The notes below the pieces were generated by a model, which was given only the letters and a program-made list of their open reading frames with translations, ran no database searches and was not told where the DNA came from. Source: Candidatus Woesearchaeota archaeon (GTDB taxonomy: Archaea; Nanobdellota; Nanobdellia; Woesearchaeales; WJKR01). From it: a DNA stretch of 64,000 nt. Shown here piece after piece: positions 9,471 to 18,695 of this stretch. Numbering within the stretch: the first letter of the stretch is position 1; the number at the start of each line of letters is the position of its first letter. The stretch spans positions 29,330 to 93,329 of the forward strand of contig JAFGNA010000011.1 of assembly GCA_016927245.1 (NCBI GenBank). The letters are read 5' to 3'. The translations under genes were made by a program, and so were the position numbers.

Positions 9471-9919
9471 TCTTTCTTGGTGAGCCTGTGCTCGTCGATG
9501 TAGATCTTGATGTGCTTCTTGCTCCTGAAGAACCCTCCTTTCGCCTTGCGGTAGAGGCCGGTGAAGGTCCGGGTGTCGATGCGGCCCTTGGTCTTGAGTT
9601 CTTTGAGGAAGTCCCGCTGCGCCCTGATGCGCCTCATCCAGGATTCTTTCTTCGGCGCGTGCGCGGTCTTCTTGCCTTTCTTGCTCCCCGCGCCTTTGCG
9701 GAGGCCTTTTCCTCGTTGCGCCTTCCCCTTGTTCGCGCGTGCGCGCGACACGCCCTTCTTCTGGACCTTGGTGATGGCGCCGTCGCCTATCAGTCCTCTG
9801 AGGTCTGTCTTGGTGATGGCTTCTTTGAGGTCTTCTGCCCGTGACGGGTCTACCTTGACGCGCTTCGGGCTGACCTTGAGGATCTTGGCCGCGGTCTTCT
9901 TCTGGTTGTCGAGCTTCAT
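9467..9919 (-). CDS. rpl19e: Ribosomal protein eL19
   Basis: KLxNQKRLAAxILKVGxxRVWxDP-like N-terminus. Confidence 0.9.
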   Translation of the reverse strand: MKLDNQKKTAAKILKVSPKRVKVDPSRAEDLKEAITKTDLRGLIGDGAITKVQKKGVSRARANKGKAQRGKGLRKGAGSKKGKKTAHAPKKESWMRRIRAQRDFLKELKTKGRIDTRTFTGLYRKAKGGFFRSKKHIKIYIDEHRLTKKE

Positions 9920-9926
9920 GGTAGGG

Positions 9927-10523
9927 TCACATGCCTTTCTTGCTGGTCAGGACCTTGTCCTGCTCCTTCTTCGCTTCCTGCTTCTTCTCCTCGTCGCTCT
10001 TGGCGGCTTCGTCCTTGGCGGCTTCCTCGGCTTTCTTCGCCGCCCGCTTCTCTGCTTCCTTGAGCTTCTTGTCCTTGGCCGCTTGTCGCTCTGCCTCTCT
10101 GCGCTTCTTGTCTTCCTTCTCCTTGAGGAGCGCCTTGGTGCGTTCTTGGTACGCCGCGACGGGGAGGTTGGTGATCGCGAGTCCTTTCTTCTTCGCCGCT
10201 TCTATGAGTTGCTCCTTCTTCTTCCTGCCCGTGTTGGCGAGCAGCGCCGCTTGCGTCTTGGGGTCGAGCGCTTCGAGCTCGGCCAGGGTGCTCACGGCGG
10301 TGATGGCTTTGCCCGTCGCGTCCTTGCCGCGCAGGGCTGATGGGGTGCCATGACCGGTCTTGACGACGTCCTTGTAGCCTTTCTTCCGGAGCCGCATCTT
10401 GTTGTGGAGCCCTTTCGGGCGTCGCCAGCCTTCGTTGAGGCGTCGTTTCTTGTGGCTGTCGGCCCTCGTGAACGACGGGTTGGCCGCTTTCTTGTCTTGT
10501 TTTGCCTTGAGGAGCTTCTCCAT
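9927..10523 (-). CDS. rpl32e: Ribosomal protein eL32 with K/E/A-rich C-terminal extension
   Basis: FxRxDSHKKxRLxEGWRRPKGLHNKMR core. About 75 aa of low-complexity Lys/Glu/Ala tail. Confidence 0.85.
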   Translation of the reverse strand: MEKLLKAKQDKKAANPSFTRADSHKKRRLNEGWRRPKGLHNKMRLRKKGYKDVVKTGHGTPSALRGKDATGKAITAVSTLAELEALDPKTQAALLANTGRKKKEQLIEAAKKKGLAITNLPVAAYQERTKALLKEKEDKKRREAERQAAKDKKLKEAEKRAAKKAEEAAKDEAAKSDEEKKQEAKKEQDKVLTSKKGM

Positions 10524-10529
10524 GCGTGA

Positions 10530-11075
10530 TCACATCATTTTTCCTGCTTTCTCGGTGATGTAGATGCCGTCTTGGAAGACGCGCTTGTCGAACCCTGACC
10601 GCTTGGTGAGCTGTTCGATGTCAGCGGCGACTTGTCCTGCCCGTTCCTTGTCGGGGCTCGTCACGGTGATGACGTCGCCGTCTATCTTGACGTCGGCTCC
10701 TTCCTTGAGTGAGAGGACGCGGGGCACCTTTTCGCCGATGAAGTTCTTGACTTCGAGCTTTCCGTCCTTGATAGTGATGCTCATGGGGAAGTGGCCTGAG
10801 CATATCTTGAGCTTGTACGTGAACCCTTCTTTGGCGCCCGTTGCCATGTTCTTGATGTGCGCCTTGTAGGTGAATAGCTTGTTCTTCTGCAGCTTGGTCA
10901 TGTTCTTCCCTGCTAGGGTGACTGCGCCGTCGTTGACGGTTATGGCGAAGGCTCTCGCGGGGAATCCTCGGGATATCTCTCCTTTCTCGCCCTTGAGCGA
11001 GAGGACGTCTCCTTGCTTCGTCGCCTTGACGCCTTCGGGGAGTTCGATGGTTTCGTTGATGTCGAGCCTTGCCAT
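10530..11075 (-). CDS. rpl6: Ribosomal protein uL6
   Basis: Two-domain L6 pattern. Operon position. Confidence 0.9.
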   Translation of the reverse strand: MARLDINETIELPEGVKATKQGDVLSLKGEKGEISRGFPARAFAITVNDGAVTLAGKNMTKLQKNKLFTYKAHIKNMATGAKEGFTYKLKICSGHFPMSITIKDGKLEVKNFIGEKVPRVLSLKEGADVKIDGDVITVTSPDKERAGQVAADIEQLTKRSGFDKRVFQDGIYITEKAGKMM

Positions 11076-11102
11076 GTTCCTCTTCCTTCGCTTGTTTATC
11101 CT

Positions 11103-11504
11103 TTAGTAGCAGTAGCTGATGAGCGTTCCGCCGATGCCTTGCGCTTTCGCTTCCTGATGGGTCATGAGCCCTTTGCTGGTGCTGATGATGATGATGCCGA
11201 AGTCCTTGCTGGGCAGGAAGCGCTGCTCGTACTTCTCGTAGCCGTCTTTGCCGATGCGGAACCGCGGCTTGATGACGCCGCACTGGTTGATGGCGCCGAT
11301 GAGGTGTATTTCGAGCAGGTTTCCTTTGCTGTCTTCGTGTTCCTCGTGGCTGCCGAGGTAGCCGTTGTCCTGCATGATCCGCAGCACGCCTTTGATGAGC
11401 GTCGAGTTCTGCGCAGTCCTGACCGCTTGCTTGCCTTTGCGCTCATAGTTGAGGATGTGGCTGAGGACGTTCGCGAGTGGGTCGTTGTTGGTCATCAATG
11501 TCAC
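11103..11504 (-). CDS. rps8: Ribosomal protein uS8
   Basis: DPLANVLSHILNYERKGK start. 133 aa. Confidence 0.9.
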   Translation of the reverse strand: MTLMTNNDPLANVLSHILNYERKGKQAVRTAQNSTLIKGVLRIMQDNGYLGSHEEHEDSKGNLLEIHLIGAINQCGVIKPRFRIGKDGYEKYEQRFLPSKDFGIIIISTSKGLMTHQEAKAQGIGGTLISYCY

Positions 11505-11507
11505 CTG

Positions 11508-11738
11508 TTAGCTGTACTTCTTGAAGCCGAGTTCTTTCGCCGTCTCTCGGAAGCATTGCCGGCACAGGTTGAGCCCGTACTTGCTGATGTGCGCGCCTGT
11601 TCGGCCGCAGCGAGTGCACTTCTTCGCGCTCTCGCCGAACTTGCGGTCCTTTGGCTTGTTGTGCTTCTCGTACTTCTCCCGCTTGGCTTTCTTGTGGCCT
11701 ATCTGCTTGAGTGTCTTGGCGTGGTCTGACGTGGTCAT
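11508..11738 (-). CDS. rps14: Ribosomal protein uS14 (zinc-binding type)
   Basis: [25 protein letters not shown] CxxC...CxxC. Confidence 0.9.
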   Translation of the reverse strand: MTTSDHAKTLKQIGHKKAKREKYEKHNKPKDRKFGESAKKCTRCGRTGAHISKYGLNLCRQCFRETAKELGFKKYS

Positions 11739-12262
11739 GCTGCTTCACCGCCGACTGTTATCTTGAACTGTTCTTTCATGAACGCTATGGCGTCCTGCTT
11801 GTTGACGAGGTGGTGCTTGCCTATCTTCCGTTTCTGCCGCTTGCGCTTCTTGACCCTGTAGCCGGGCCTGTCGAGCGTGATGCTGGCTTGGAGCCCGATG
11901 ATGCCGATGTCCGGGTCGTACTTCGCTCCTTGGATGTCGACGTATTCGGGTATGCCGAAGCTGATGTTGCCGTGCTCGTCGAAGCAGCTGCTGCTGAGGG
12001 CGTTGTCCTTCGCTGAGAGTATCCTGGGGATGAGCGCTTCTGCCTCTTTTCCTCGCAGCGTGATCTTGACGCCTATGGGCAGCCCTGGCCTGAGGCTCCA
12101 TCCTTGTATGCGTTTCTGGGTGATGGTGCGCACCGGGTCGATGCCGGTGATGTTCTTGAGGAGCCTCTCGCCTTTCTTGAGCAGGTTCTCGTCCTTGCCG
12201 GCCCCGATGTTCAGGGTGACTTTCTCTATCCTGATGGCTCGCATGTCGGTCATGGTGAACAC
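11735..12262 (-). CDS. rpl5: Ribosomal protein uL5
   Basis: KVTLNIGAG..., [12 protein letters not shown] motifs. Confidence 0.9.
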   Translation of the reverse strand: MFTMTDMRAIRIEKVTLNIGAGKDENLLKKGERLLKNITGIDPVRTITQKRIQGWSLRPGLPIGVKITLRGKEAEALIPRILSAKDNALSSSCFDEHGNISFGIPEYVDIQGAKYDPDIGIIGLQASITLDRPGYRVKKRKRQKRKIGKHHLVNKQDAIAFMKEQFKITVGGEAA

Positions 12263-12942
12263 GTGATCGCTGGTTGCTGCTCGCCGGTGATGTACACGTA
12301 GGCGCGCTTGGTGCCGAACTCTTTGTCCTCGGTCTTGATGACGGCCGCGTCGCCGCTGATCCCTTGAAGCGTGCCGGTCATGCCGGCGTGCTTGCCTTTG
12401 TACACGATGATGCTGGCGCCTTCCTTGAGCGCGAGGCGTTGCTTTACTTCTTGCTCGGGGAGGGTGATGAGTAGTGAGTCGCCGACGGCGTACTCGTCCT
12501 TGTCGGTGATGATCGTCCGGCCGTCGCTGAGCTGGATCTGCGTCTTGCCCTTGCTCACGGTCCGCTTGCCGTCTATCCGCGCGATCTTAAGCTTTGCTTC
12601 CTTCTCGGGGATGGGTATCGCTTGGAGCTTTCCCTTGGCTGAGAAGCCGAGCCGGTAGTGCTGCTTGGTCTTGGGGAAGCTAATGACGTCCATGAACCCG
12701 ACGTTGTAGCGCTCGTCGTGCCGTCGCTTGCCGTCGACGAGGACTTCCTGCTCCTTGATGATGCGCTTTGCCTCCTTGCGGGTGTCAGCGACGCGGGCCA
12801 GTTCTTTCATGAACGTGTTGAGGCTGGTGCTGTGCGTGAGGGGGTGGGCTCCTGGGTTTGGGCGCGTGATGAACACGTGTCGCTTCCTGAGGATGTCCCA
12901 TGTCTTCGGGGCGGCTATCCGTTTGAGATGGTGCTGTGCCAT
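12250..12942 (-). CDS. rps4e: Ribosomal protein eS4
   Basis: HLKRIAAPKTWDILRK N-terminus, KOW-like region. Confidence 0.9.
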   Translation of the reverse strand: MAQHHLKRIAAPKTWDILRKRHVFITRPNPGAHPLTHSTSLNTFMKELARVADTRKEAKRIIKEQEVLVDGKRRHDERYNVGFMDVISFPKTKQHYRLGFSAKGKLQAIPIPEKEAKLKIARIDGKRTVSKGKTQIQLSDGRTIITDKDEYAVGDSLLITLPEQEVKQRLALKEGASIIVYKGKHAGMTGTLQGISGDAAVIKTEDKEFGTKRAYVYITGEQQPAITCSP

Positions 12943-13340
12943 TATCGCTTTGCTCCTTGTGCTTGTCGTTCGAGCTTTGCCTTGCGCTTCTTGTCATCAA
13001 GGTTGAGCTCGGTGATCATGAGGTTTGAGGGGTGGAATGCTTGTTGGACCTTGTTCCCGTCGGGCTTGGTGCGCTCCACCTTGAGGAGGTAGACTTTGGT
13101 GCGCTTGAGGTCTACTTTCTCCACCTTCGCTTCTTTTCCTTTGTTGCTGCCCCTGAGCACCTTGACCTTGTCGCCTTCGCGCAGCCTGGCTGAGCGCTTG
13201 CCGTGCTTCTTCTTGAGCTCTTCCGAGAGGTGCGCTGAGAGGAATCGTCCCTTGACGTGGTACGGCGCGTTGTGCGCGTACTTGCGCTGCTTGCGTCGCT
13301 GCTCGCTCCTGTTCCAGGTGGTTGCGAATGCTGGTTTCAT
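12942..13340 (-). CDS. rpl24: Ribosomal protein uL24
   Basis: KOW motif GDKVKVLRGSNKGKEAKV. Confidence 0.9.
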   Translation of the reverse strand: MKPAFATTWNRSEQRRKQRKYAHNAPYHVKGRFLSAHLSEELKKKHGKRSARLREGDKVKVLRGSNKGKEAKVEKVDLKRTKVYLLKVERTKPDGNKVQQAFHPSNLMITELNLDDKKRKAKLERQAQGAKR

Positions 13341-13347
13341 GTTGTCG

Positions 13348-13749
13348 TCACACGATGATGTTGGCTACCTTCGCGATGCCCGACCATCTGGTCGTGGCCT
13401 CCTTCGCGATGGGCCCTTTGAAGATGGTGCCTTTGGGGTTTCCCTTCTCGTCCTTGAGGACGACCGCTGCGTTGTCTTCGAACTTGATGCGGGTGCCGTC
13501 GGGGCGCCTGTACTCTTTTCGTTGGCGGACGATGACGGCGAACACGACTTGCTTGCGCATGTCAGGCCTTCCCTTGACCACGCTTGCCTGGACGAGGTCG
13601 CCGATGCCTGCGGCGGGGCTCTGGCCCTTGACGGTCTTGTGGCCTTTGACGCTGAATATCTTGAGGACCTTGGCGCCGCTGTTGTCGCAGGTCTCTATCC
13701 TGCTGCCTAGCGGGAGCCCTTTGGTGATCGTGGCGTTGACCGCTTTCAT
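13348..13749 (-). CDS. rpl14: Ribosomal protein uL14
   Basis: LxVCDNSGAKxLxII-like start (IETCDNSGAKVLKIF). Confidence 0.9.
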   Translation of the reverse strand: MKAVNATITKGLPLGSRIETCDNSGAKVLKIFSVKGHKTVKGQSPAAGIGDLVQASVVKGRPDMRKQVVFAVIVRQRKEYRRPDGTRIKFEDNAAVVLKDEKGNPKGTIFKGPIAKEATTRWSGIAKVANIIV

Positions 13750-14156
13750 GCTTGTTCACTCTTCTCGGCCTTCTTCTTCGGGGCGGCCTTCTTCTTCGGG
13801 GTCTTCTTCGGAGCGGCCTTCTTCTTGGCTGCTCGCTTCGCGGATTGCTCCTTCTTGGGTGCCTCTTTAGGGGCTGCTGGCGCTTCTTCTGCTTCTTCTC
13901 CGCCGAGCTTCTTGATGATGGTGAAGCGCTTGGTCTTGCTGAGCGGCCTCGTCTCCATGATGATGACCTTGTCGCCGGTGCGCGCGTCGATGTCGTCCGG
14001 GTTGTGTGCCTTGACCTTGGTGCGCCGCTTCTCGTACCGCTCGTACTTAGGGATGTAGTGCCTCCTATTCCATTCGACCGTGACGGTCTTGCTCATCTTG
14101 TCGCTCGTCACGATGCCGATGAAGGTGCGTCCGCGCGTGCTGGTCTTGGTGTTCAT
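13746..14156 (-). CDS. rps17: Ribosomal protein uS17 with Lys/Ala/Pro-rich C-terminal tail
   Basis: OB-fold core (GIVTSDKMSKTVTVE). About 55 aa AKKKAAPKK-type extension. Confidence 0.9.
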   Translation of the reverse strand: MNTKTSTRGRTFIGIVTSDKMSKTVTVEWNRRHYIPKYERYEKRRTKVKAHNPDDIDARTGDKVIIMETRPLSKTKRFTIIKKLGGEEAEEAPAAPKEAPKKEQSAKRAAKKKAAPKKTPKKKAAPKKKAEKSEQA

Positions 14157-14392
14157 GGTCTGTTCCCTTTGATGCGTTCCGTTGGTGTCTTGGTGATGTC
14201 CTTCCCTCGGATGATGTCTCCCTCGACGTTGAGGGTGACGTGGTCCTTGATGAAGGTCTTGTCGTCGATGGTGATGGTGTTCTTCGTCTCGTCGGTGATG
14301 ACGCCTTCCTTACCGGTGAGCGTCGGGTTGGTGCTACTCGTGATGCGCGCATGCCTGCCTATCAAGGGCTTCCTCTTCTCGGCTCCTCTCAT
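14153..14392 (-). CDS. rnp1: RNase P protein component 1 (Rpp29/Pop4)
   Basis: LIGRHARITSSTNPTLTGKEGVITDETKNTITI matches the Rpp29 Sm-like barrel. Classic position between L29 and S17. Confidence 0.75.
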   Translation of the reverse strand: MRGAEKRKPLIGRHARITSSTNPTLTGKEGVITDETKNTITIDDKTFIKDHVTLNVEGDIIRGKDITKTPTERIKGNRP

Positions 14393-14715
14393 CGTCGGAG
14401 GTGGGCGTTCACGATCTCGATGGTGTCAGGGGCGAAGCCGAGCTTGACGAGCTCGCTCTTGATGTCCTTGGCGTGGTTGCCTTGGAGCTCGATGAAGCCG
14501 TCCTTCGCGGTGCCGCCGCACGCGAACTTCGCTTTGAGCTTCTTTGCCAGGTCCTTGATGTCGATCTCGTGCTCATTGATGCCTTCTACCACGGTGTAGG
14601 GTTTGCCGAACTTCTTCTTGGTGAGGGACACGGTGACCTTCTGGTTCTCCTTTGCGAGGCTCTCGAACGTGCCCAGCTCCTTGGGAAGCCCGGTGATGGG
14701 ATCAATTTCCGGCAT
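14389..14715 (-). CDS. sui1: Translation initiation factor aSUI1 (eIF1 homolog)
   Basis: GKPYTVVEGINEHEIDIKDLAKKLKAKFACGGTAKDGFIELQGNH matches the SUI1 signature. Confidence 0.85.
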   Translation of the reverse strand: MPEIDPITGLPKELGTFESLAKENQKVTVSLTKKKFGKPYTVVEGINEHEIDIKDLAKKLKAKFACGGTAKDGFIELQGNHAKDIKSELVKLGFAPDTIEIVNAHLRR

Positions 14716-14920
14716 GCTGTTGCTGTACCTCCTTCTGTTGTTGTGTGCGCAGGGTGTGTATCCTTGCGATGATCTTCTTGAACTGCTTGATCTGGCCGGG
14801 GCTCTTCGGCGCGGTACCCGTGGCCACTTGTGATTGGAGTTTGATGAGCTCGGCGCGGACCTCTTTCTCCTTCTTGTCGAGGTCTTCAGGCCTCATCGCG
14901 GAGAGCTCTGCGTACTTCAT
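14702..14920 (-). CDS. rpl29: Ribosomal protein uL29
   Basis: 72 aa helical protein, ELxKLxxxxATG-like. Operon position. Confidence 0.85.
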   Translation of the reverse strand: MKYAELSAMRPEDLDKKEKEVRAELIKLQSQVATGTAPKSPGQIKQFKKIIARIHTLRTQQQKEVQQQHAGN

Positions 14921-15657
14921 TGCCTGTCACCTGTTTCTTGCTCTTTCTCTGCCTTCCCTGACGATCCTCCTGGCTTCTCGTCCTTCGCGGGCGTTTCTTC
15001 CTCGGTCGCTTCTCCTGCGGGTGTCGCTTGCTCTTCTGTCTCTTCGACCATGGTCTGCGGCTGGTTGAGGAGTTCTACGCTGTCAGGGAGCTTGGTGTCT
15101 CCTGGCATGATGCTGACTTTGATGCCGACAGCCCCTGTCTTGAGGAACGCGGTGGTGTACGCCACGTTGACGCCGGTGAGGGCGATGTCGCCGCACTTCT
15201 TGAGGTAGCCTTCGTAGAAGCGCCAGTTCTTGGCTCGTTGGCTGGGGACCTTGCCGCTGATGATGATCTCGACGCCGAGCGCTCCTGCTTGCATGACGCC
15301 TCGCAATGCCTTGTAGCCGGCGCCCTTGAACTGCTTGGTGCCGAACCGCTCCATGGATGAGGCGATGCTCTCCGCGACGATGGAGGGGTCGAGGAAGACT
15401 TCTTGTATCTCCTCTATCTCTATCTGCGGGTTCTCGAGGTCGAAGTGCTCTTTGAGGTCCTTGGTGAGCTTCTGGATGTTGCTGCCTGCTCGTCCGACGA
15501 CGAGTCCTGGCCTGCTCGCGCTCACCACGATTTTCTCTCCGAGGGGGGTCCGCTGGAGCTTGACTTCGCTGAGGCCTACTCTGTTGAGGTGGCTGGCGAC
15601 GAATTCCTTGATGCGGAACTCCTTCATGTTTTCCGAGACGAATTTCCTTTCTATCAT
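14917..15657 (-). CDS. rps3: Ribosomal protein uS3 with acidic/T/P-rich C-terminal tail
   Basis: KH-domain GRAGSNIQKLTKDLKE plus S3 C-terminal domain. Confidence 0.9.
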   Translation of the reverse strand: MIERKFVSENMKEFRIKEFVASHLNRVGLSEVKLQRTPLGEKIVVSASRPGLVVGRAGSNIQKLTKDLKEHFDLENPQIEIEEIQEVFLDPSIVAESIASSMERFGTKQFKGAGYKALRGVMQAGALGVEIIISGKVPSQRAKNWRFYEGYLKKCGDIALTGVNVAYTTAFLKTGAVGIKVSIMPGDTKLPDSVELLNQPQTMVEETEEQATPAGEATEEETPAKDEKPGGSSGKAEKEQETGDRQ

Positions 15658-16394
15658 GGTTGCGCGTTCTCCTTTGCTCCTGGTGTGGGTGCTGCTTGTT
15701 CCTTGTCGTCCTTGCCTGCGGTCTTCTTCGTCGCTTCTGGCTTCGGCTTCGCCGCCTTCTTGGGTTGTTCGGCCTGTTTCGGTGTTGGCTGCTTCCCGGG
15801 CGCGTCTTCCTTGGCGGTCTCAGGCTTCTCCTTGGCCGCTGCTGGCGTGGTCGTTGCGCTCCTGCTCGTCCCTGCTTCTTCTTCGGGTCGTTCTGGCGCT
15901 TCCTTCTTCGTGGCGGGTGGTTGCGCGGTCTTCGTGGCTTTCTTTGCTTTCCGCTTCGCGCCCGGCGCCTCTACCACGACAATCTCGACGTGCGTCCGCT
16001 TGGTCTGCCGTCGTCGCTGCCTGCCGAAGTGGAACGGCCTGCTTGCGAGGTGCGCTGCGAGGTGCTTGATGAGGAGGTCTGTTGCCAGTCCTTGCTGGCT
16101 CGCGTTGGCTTCTGCCATGTTGATGAGGTCTATGAACGCCTTGCTCGCTTTCTCCGGGTACCTGCCCGCGGCGATGCCTCGCTTGTGGCCGACGCCGTTG
16201 GTGAACCGTTTGAACGGGAGGGCTTCTTGCCGTTTGATGACTCGTTCGAGGTATGCTTTTGCCGCGTCGGTCCGCTTGCCTCGGAGGTGGTTGCAGAGTT
16301 CTATGGCTGCTTTGGTGCTGATGGGCGCGTCCTTGAGGACCGCTCTCGCAGCGTCTTGTCCCGATCCTTGGTATGCGTAGGTGTAATCAGCCAT
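15654..16394 (-). CDS. rpl22: Ribosomal protein uL22 with about 90-aa Lys/Ala/Pro/Glu-rich C-terminal extension
   Basis: L22 core about 155 aa. Tail is PAAAKEKPETAKEDAPGKQPTPKQAEQPKKAAKPKPE.... Confidence 0.9.
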   Translation of the reverse strand: MADYTYAYQGSGQDAARAVLKDAPISTKAAIELCNHLRGKRTDAAKAYLERVIKRQEALPFKRFTNGVGHKRGIAAGRYPEKASKAFIDLINMAEANASQQGLATDLLIKHLAAHLASRPFHFGRQRRRQTKRTHVEIVVVEAPGAKRKAKKATKTAQPPATKKEAPERPEEEAGTSRSATTTPAAAKEKPETAKEDAPGKQPTPKQAEQPKKAAKPKPEATKKTAGKDDKEQAAPTPGAKENAQP

Positions 16395-16401
16395 TTTCTT
16401 C

Positions 16402-16788
16402 TTATCTCACTGACGCGGCGGCGCTGCTCTTCGTGGCGCCTACGCCTGGCCCTCCGTGCTTGACGATCTTCCTGGTGAGGGCGAGTTGTCCGAGGCGCAT
16501 GCCGATCATCTCTGGTTGGACGTGCACGTCGTTGTATCCTTTGCCGTTGTGCACCTTGATGACCTTGCCTACCATGTGGGGGAACACGATCATCTCTCGG
16601 TGGTGCGTCTTGACGTTGTCCTTTCGCTTGGTCTTCTCGTATAGTTGCTTGAGCTCTTCGCTCATCCTATTGGCGGTTCGTCGCTCCCTCGTCGGGAGGA
16701 GCTCGACGAAGCCGTCGAAGTCCAGGTCATTGAGCTGCTCGACGGTGTAGCCTCGGTACGTGAATTCCTTTCTTGCCATGATCATCAC
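16402..16788 (-). CDS. rps19: Ribosomal protein uS19
   Basis: KEFTYRGYTVEQL..., IVFPHMVGKVIKVHNGKGY. Confidence 0.9.
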   Translation of the reverse strand: MMIMARKEFTYRGYTVEQLNDLDFDGFVELLPTRERRTANRMSEELKQLYEKTKRKDNVKTHHREMIVFPHMVGKVIKVHNGKGYNDVHVQPEMIGMRLGQLALTRKIVKHGGPGVGATKSSAAASVR

Positions 16789-16789
16789 T

Positions 16790-17491
16790 TCATCGTTTCC
16801 TGCCGGTCCTCCTCGCGGCGATGGCGCCGACCTTCCTGCCGGGCGGCGCGTTCCTGCTCGTCGGCTTGGCTTTCGACTTCCTGAGCGATCGTTTGTTGCC
16901 GAATGGGTGGGCGACGGCGTTCATCGCGCTGCCTGATACTGAGGGGTAGTACTTGTTCCTCGCCTTCATGGCGTGGTGCCGCTTGCCCGCTTTGAGGAAT
17001 GGTTTCTCCGTCCTGCCGCCGCCGGCGACGATGCCGATGATGGCTCTGCAGTTGGGGTTGAAGGTCTTGCTCTTCTTGCTGGGGAGCTTGACCGTGACTC
17101 CTGTGTCTGACCGGGCGACGAGCTTTGCCGCGCCGCCGCTGCTCCTGACGAATCGTCCGCCGTCTCCTGGTTTGAGCTCGATGTTGAAGACGGGGGTGCC
17201 TTCAGGGATTGCTTTGAGGGGGAGGACGTTGCCGTGGCTGATGGGCGCCTCTGCGCCCATGGGGTAGGTCTTGCCGACGTAGATGCCTTCCGCTGCGATG
17301 ATGAGCCCGTGGGTGTTGTCGTCGTACTTGACCCGTGCGAGGGGGGCGCTGTGGCCTGTGCTGTGGAGGAGGTCTATCACCTCGTATGATTGCTTTGGCT
17401 GCACCGTTGCTTCGCCTGCGGATGCGAAGCTCTTGGCGCGGAACCTGCCGCTTCCTTTTCCTCTTCGTTGCTGGATGAGGTTCTTGCCCAT
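16790..17491 (-). CDS. rpl2: Ribosomal protein uL2
   Basis: GGGRTEKPFLKAGKRHH..., SGSAMNAVAHPFG motif. Confidence 0.9.
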   Translation of the reverse strand: MGKNLIQQRRGKGSGRFRAKSFASAGEATVQPKQSYEVIDLLHSTGHSAPLARVKYDDNTHGLIIAAEGIYVGKTYPMGAEAPISHGNVLPLKAIPEGTPVFNIELKPGDGGRFVRSSGGAAKLVARSDTGVTVKLPSKKSKTFNPNCRAIIGIVAGGGRTEKPFLKAGKRHHAMKARNKYYPSVSGSAMNAVAHPFGNKRSLRKSKAKPTSRNAPPGRKVGAIAARRTGRKR

Positions 17492-17505
17492 GTTCTTTTT
17501 TCTCC

Positions 17506-17757
17506 TTACATGAGGCCGAGCTTGGTGGCCACGTCTATCGCGGGGGTTTCTTTGTTGAACGTGATGTACGCTCGTTTCTTGTTGTCGTGCGTGTTGAGGG
17601 TCCTGACGTCGTCGACCTTGACGTTGAACGCTTCTTCGATGGCTTGTTTTATCTGTGGCTTGGTCGCTTGTTGGTCGACGATGAAGATGAGCTGGTTCTG
17701 GCTTTCCATGAGCCTGATGCTCTTCTCCGTTGAGAGAGGGTACTTGATGATGTTCAT
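17506..17757 (-). CDS. rpl23: Ribosomal protein uL23
   Basis: IIKYPLSTEKSIRLME start. Confidence 0.9.
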   Translation of the reverse strand: MNIIKYPLSTEKSIRLMESQNQLIFIVDQQATKPQIKQAIEEAFNVKVDDVRTLNTHDNKKRAYITFNKETPAIDVATKLGLM

Positions 17758-18692
17758 GCGCTCACCTCAGGCTTCGCTGCGGCTTTGGGCGCGTCCGCAT
17801 GCTTGGCTTGCTTTGCTTGCTTGGGTGCGGGTTTCTTCGCCGGCGCTTCTTCCTCTGACGGCTTCTTTGCCTGCTTGGCTCGTTGCTCGGTGAACAGCTT
17901 GTCCTTTCCTAGTCTGTCGATCGCTGCTTGGGTGTACAGGGTCATCCTGCCGGGCGCGGCTCCTGGTGCGAGGATCTCGGCGTTGAGCTCGTCCACTTTG
18001 GTCGCTTCGACGCCGGGGATGTTGTCTGCCGCGTTGAGGAGCGGGCAGTCATCACTGGTGACGATGAGGATGCTCGTCGCTCGCTTGTACTTGCGGCCGC
18101 GCATGGTGCCTCTGCCTGCTCGTACCTTGCGGTTCTCCGCTCGTGCGAGGTCGTCAGCTAGTCCTATGTCGCGCAGCGCTTGTTCGAGGTCTTTGGTCTT
18201 CTTGAGTTGTTCGAAGTCGTCGGTGATGATGAAGGGGTACGTCTCAGGCGTTTTGTGTCCTCGTGCGCTGACGAGGTCCTTGTCCATGGTGGCCGCCATG
18301 GCTGACCGTATGGCTTTCCGTCGTTCCTTGTCGTTGATCTTGATGGCGGTCTGCTTGTCCGCTTTGGGGGGGTGCGCTCGTCGGCCGCCGACGGTTTGCG
18401 GGGCGAACGCGCCGGTCCAGTTGAACCTGGTGCCTCGGTAGCTCATGGCTTTCCTTGGGGTTCTTGATTGGCCGATGCCGTACGTTCCTCGGTAGTCGTG
18501 CCGTCGTTTGCTGATGCGGACGCTGGCGCGCTTGCCCGCTCCGGGGTCTGCGCCGTGGCGTTCCTTCCTGGCTGCTTGTAGGGCGAGGACTGCTCGTTTG
18601 ATGAGGTCTGGCCGGACCGCTTCTTGGAATTGCGCTGGCAGGGTCGTCTTGCCTTTGTTCGTGTTGTCCGGTGCGATGATGGCGAGTTGCAT
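17754..18692 (-). CDS. rpl4: Ribosomal protein uL4 with Lys/Ala/Pro-rich C-terminal extension
   Basis: L4 core plus about 60 aa AKKPSEEEAPAKKPAPKQAKQAK tail. Confidence 0.9.
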   Translation of the reverse strand: MQLAIIAPDNTNKGKTTLPAQFQEAVRPDLIKRAVLALQAARKERHGADPGAGKRASVRISKRRHDYRGTYGIGQSRTPRKAMSYRGTRFNWTGAFAPQTVGGRRAHPPKADKQTAIKINDKERRKAIRSAMAATMDKDLVSARGHKTPETYPFIITDDFEQLKKTKDLEQALRDIGLADDLARAENRKVRAGRGTMRGRKYKRATSILIVTSDDCPLLNAADNIPGVEATKVDELNAEILAPGAAPGRMTLYTQAAIDRLGKDKLFTEQRAKQAKKPSEEEAPAKKPAPKQAKQAKHADAPKAAAKPEVSA

Positions 18693-18695
18693 GGC

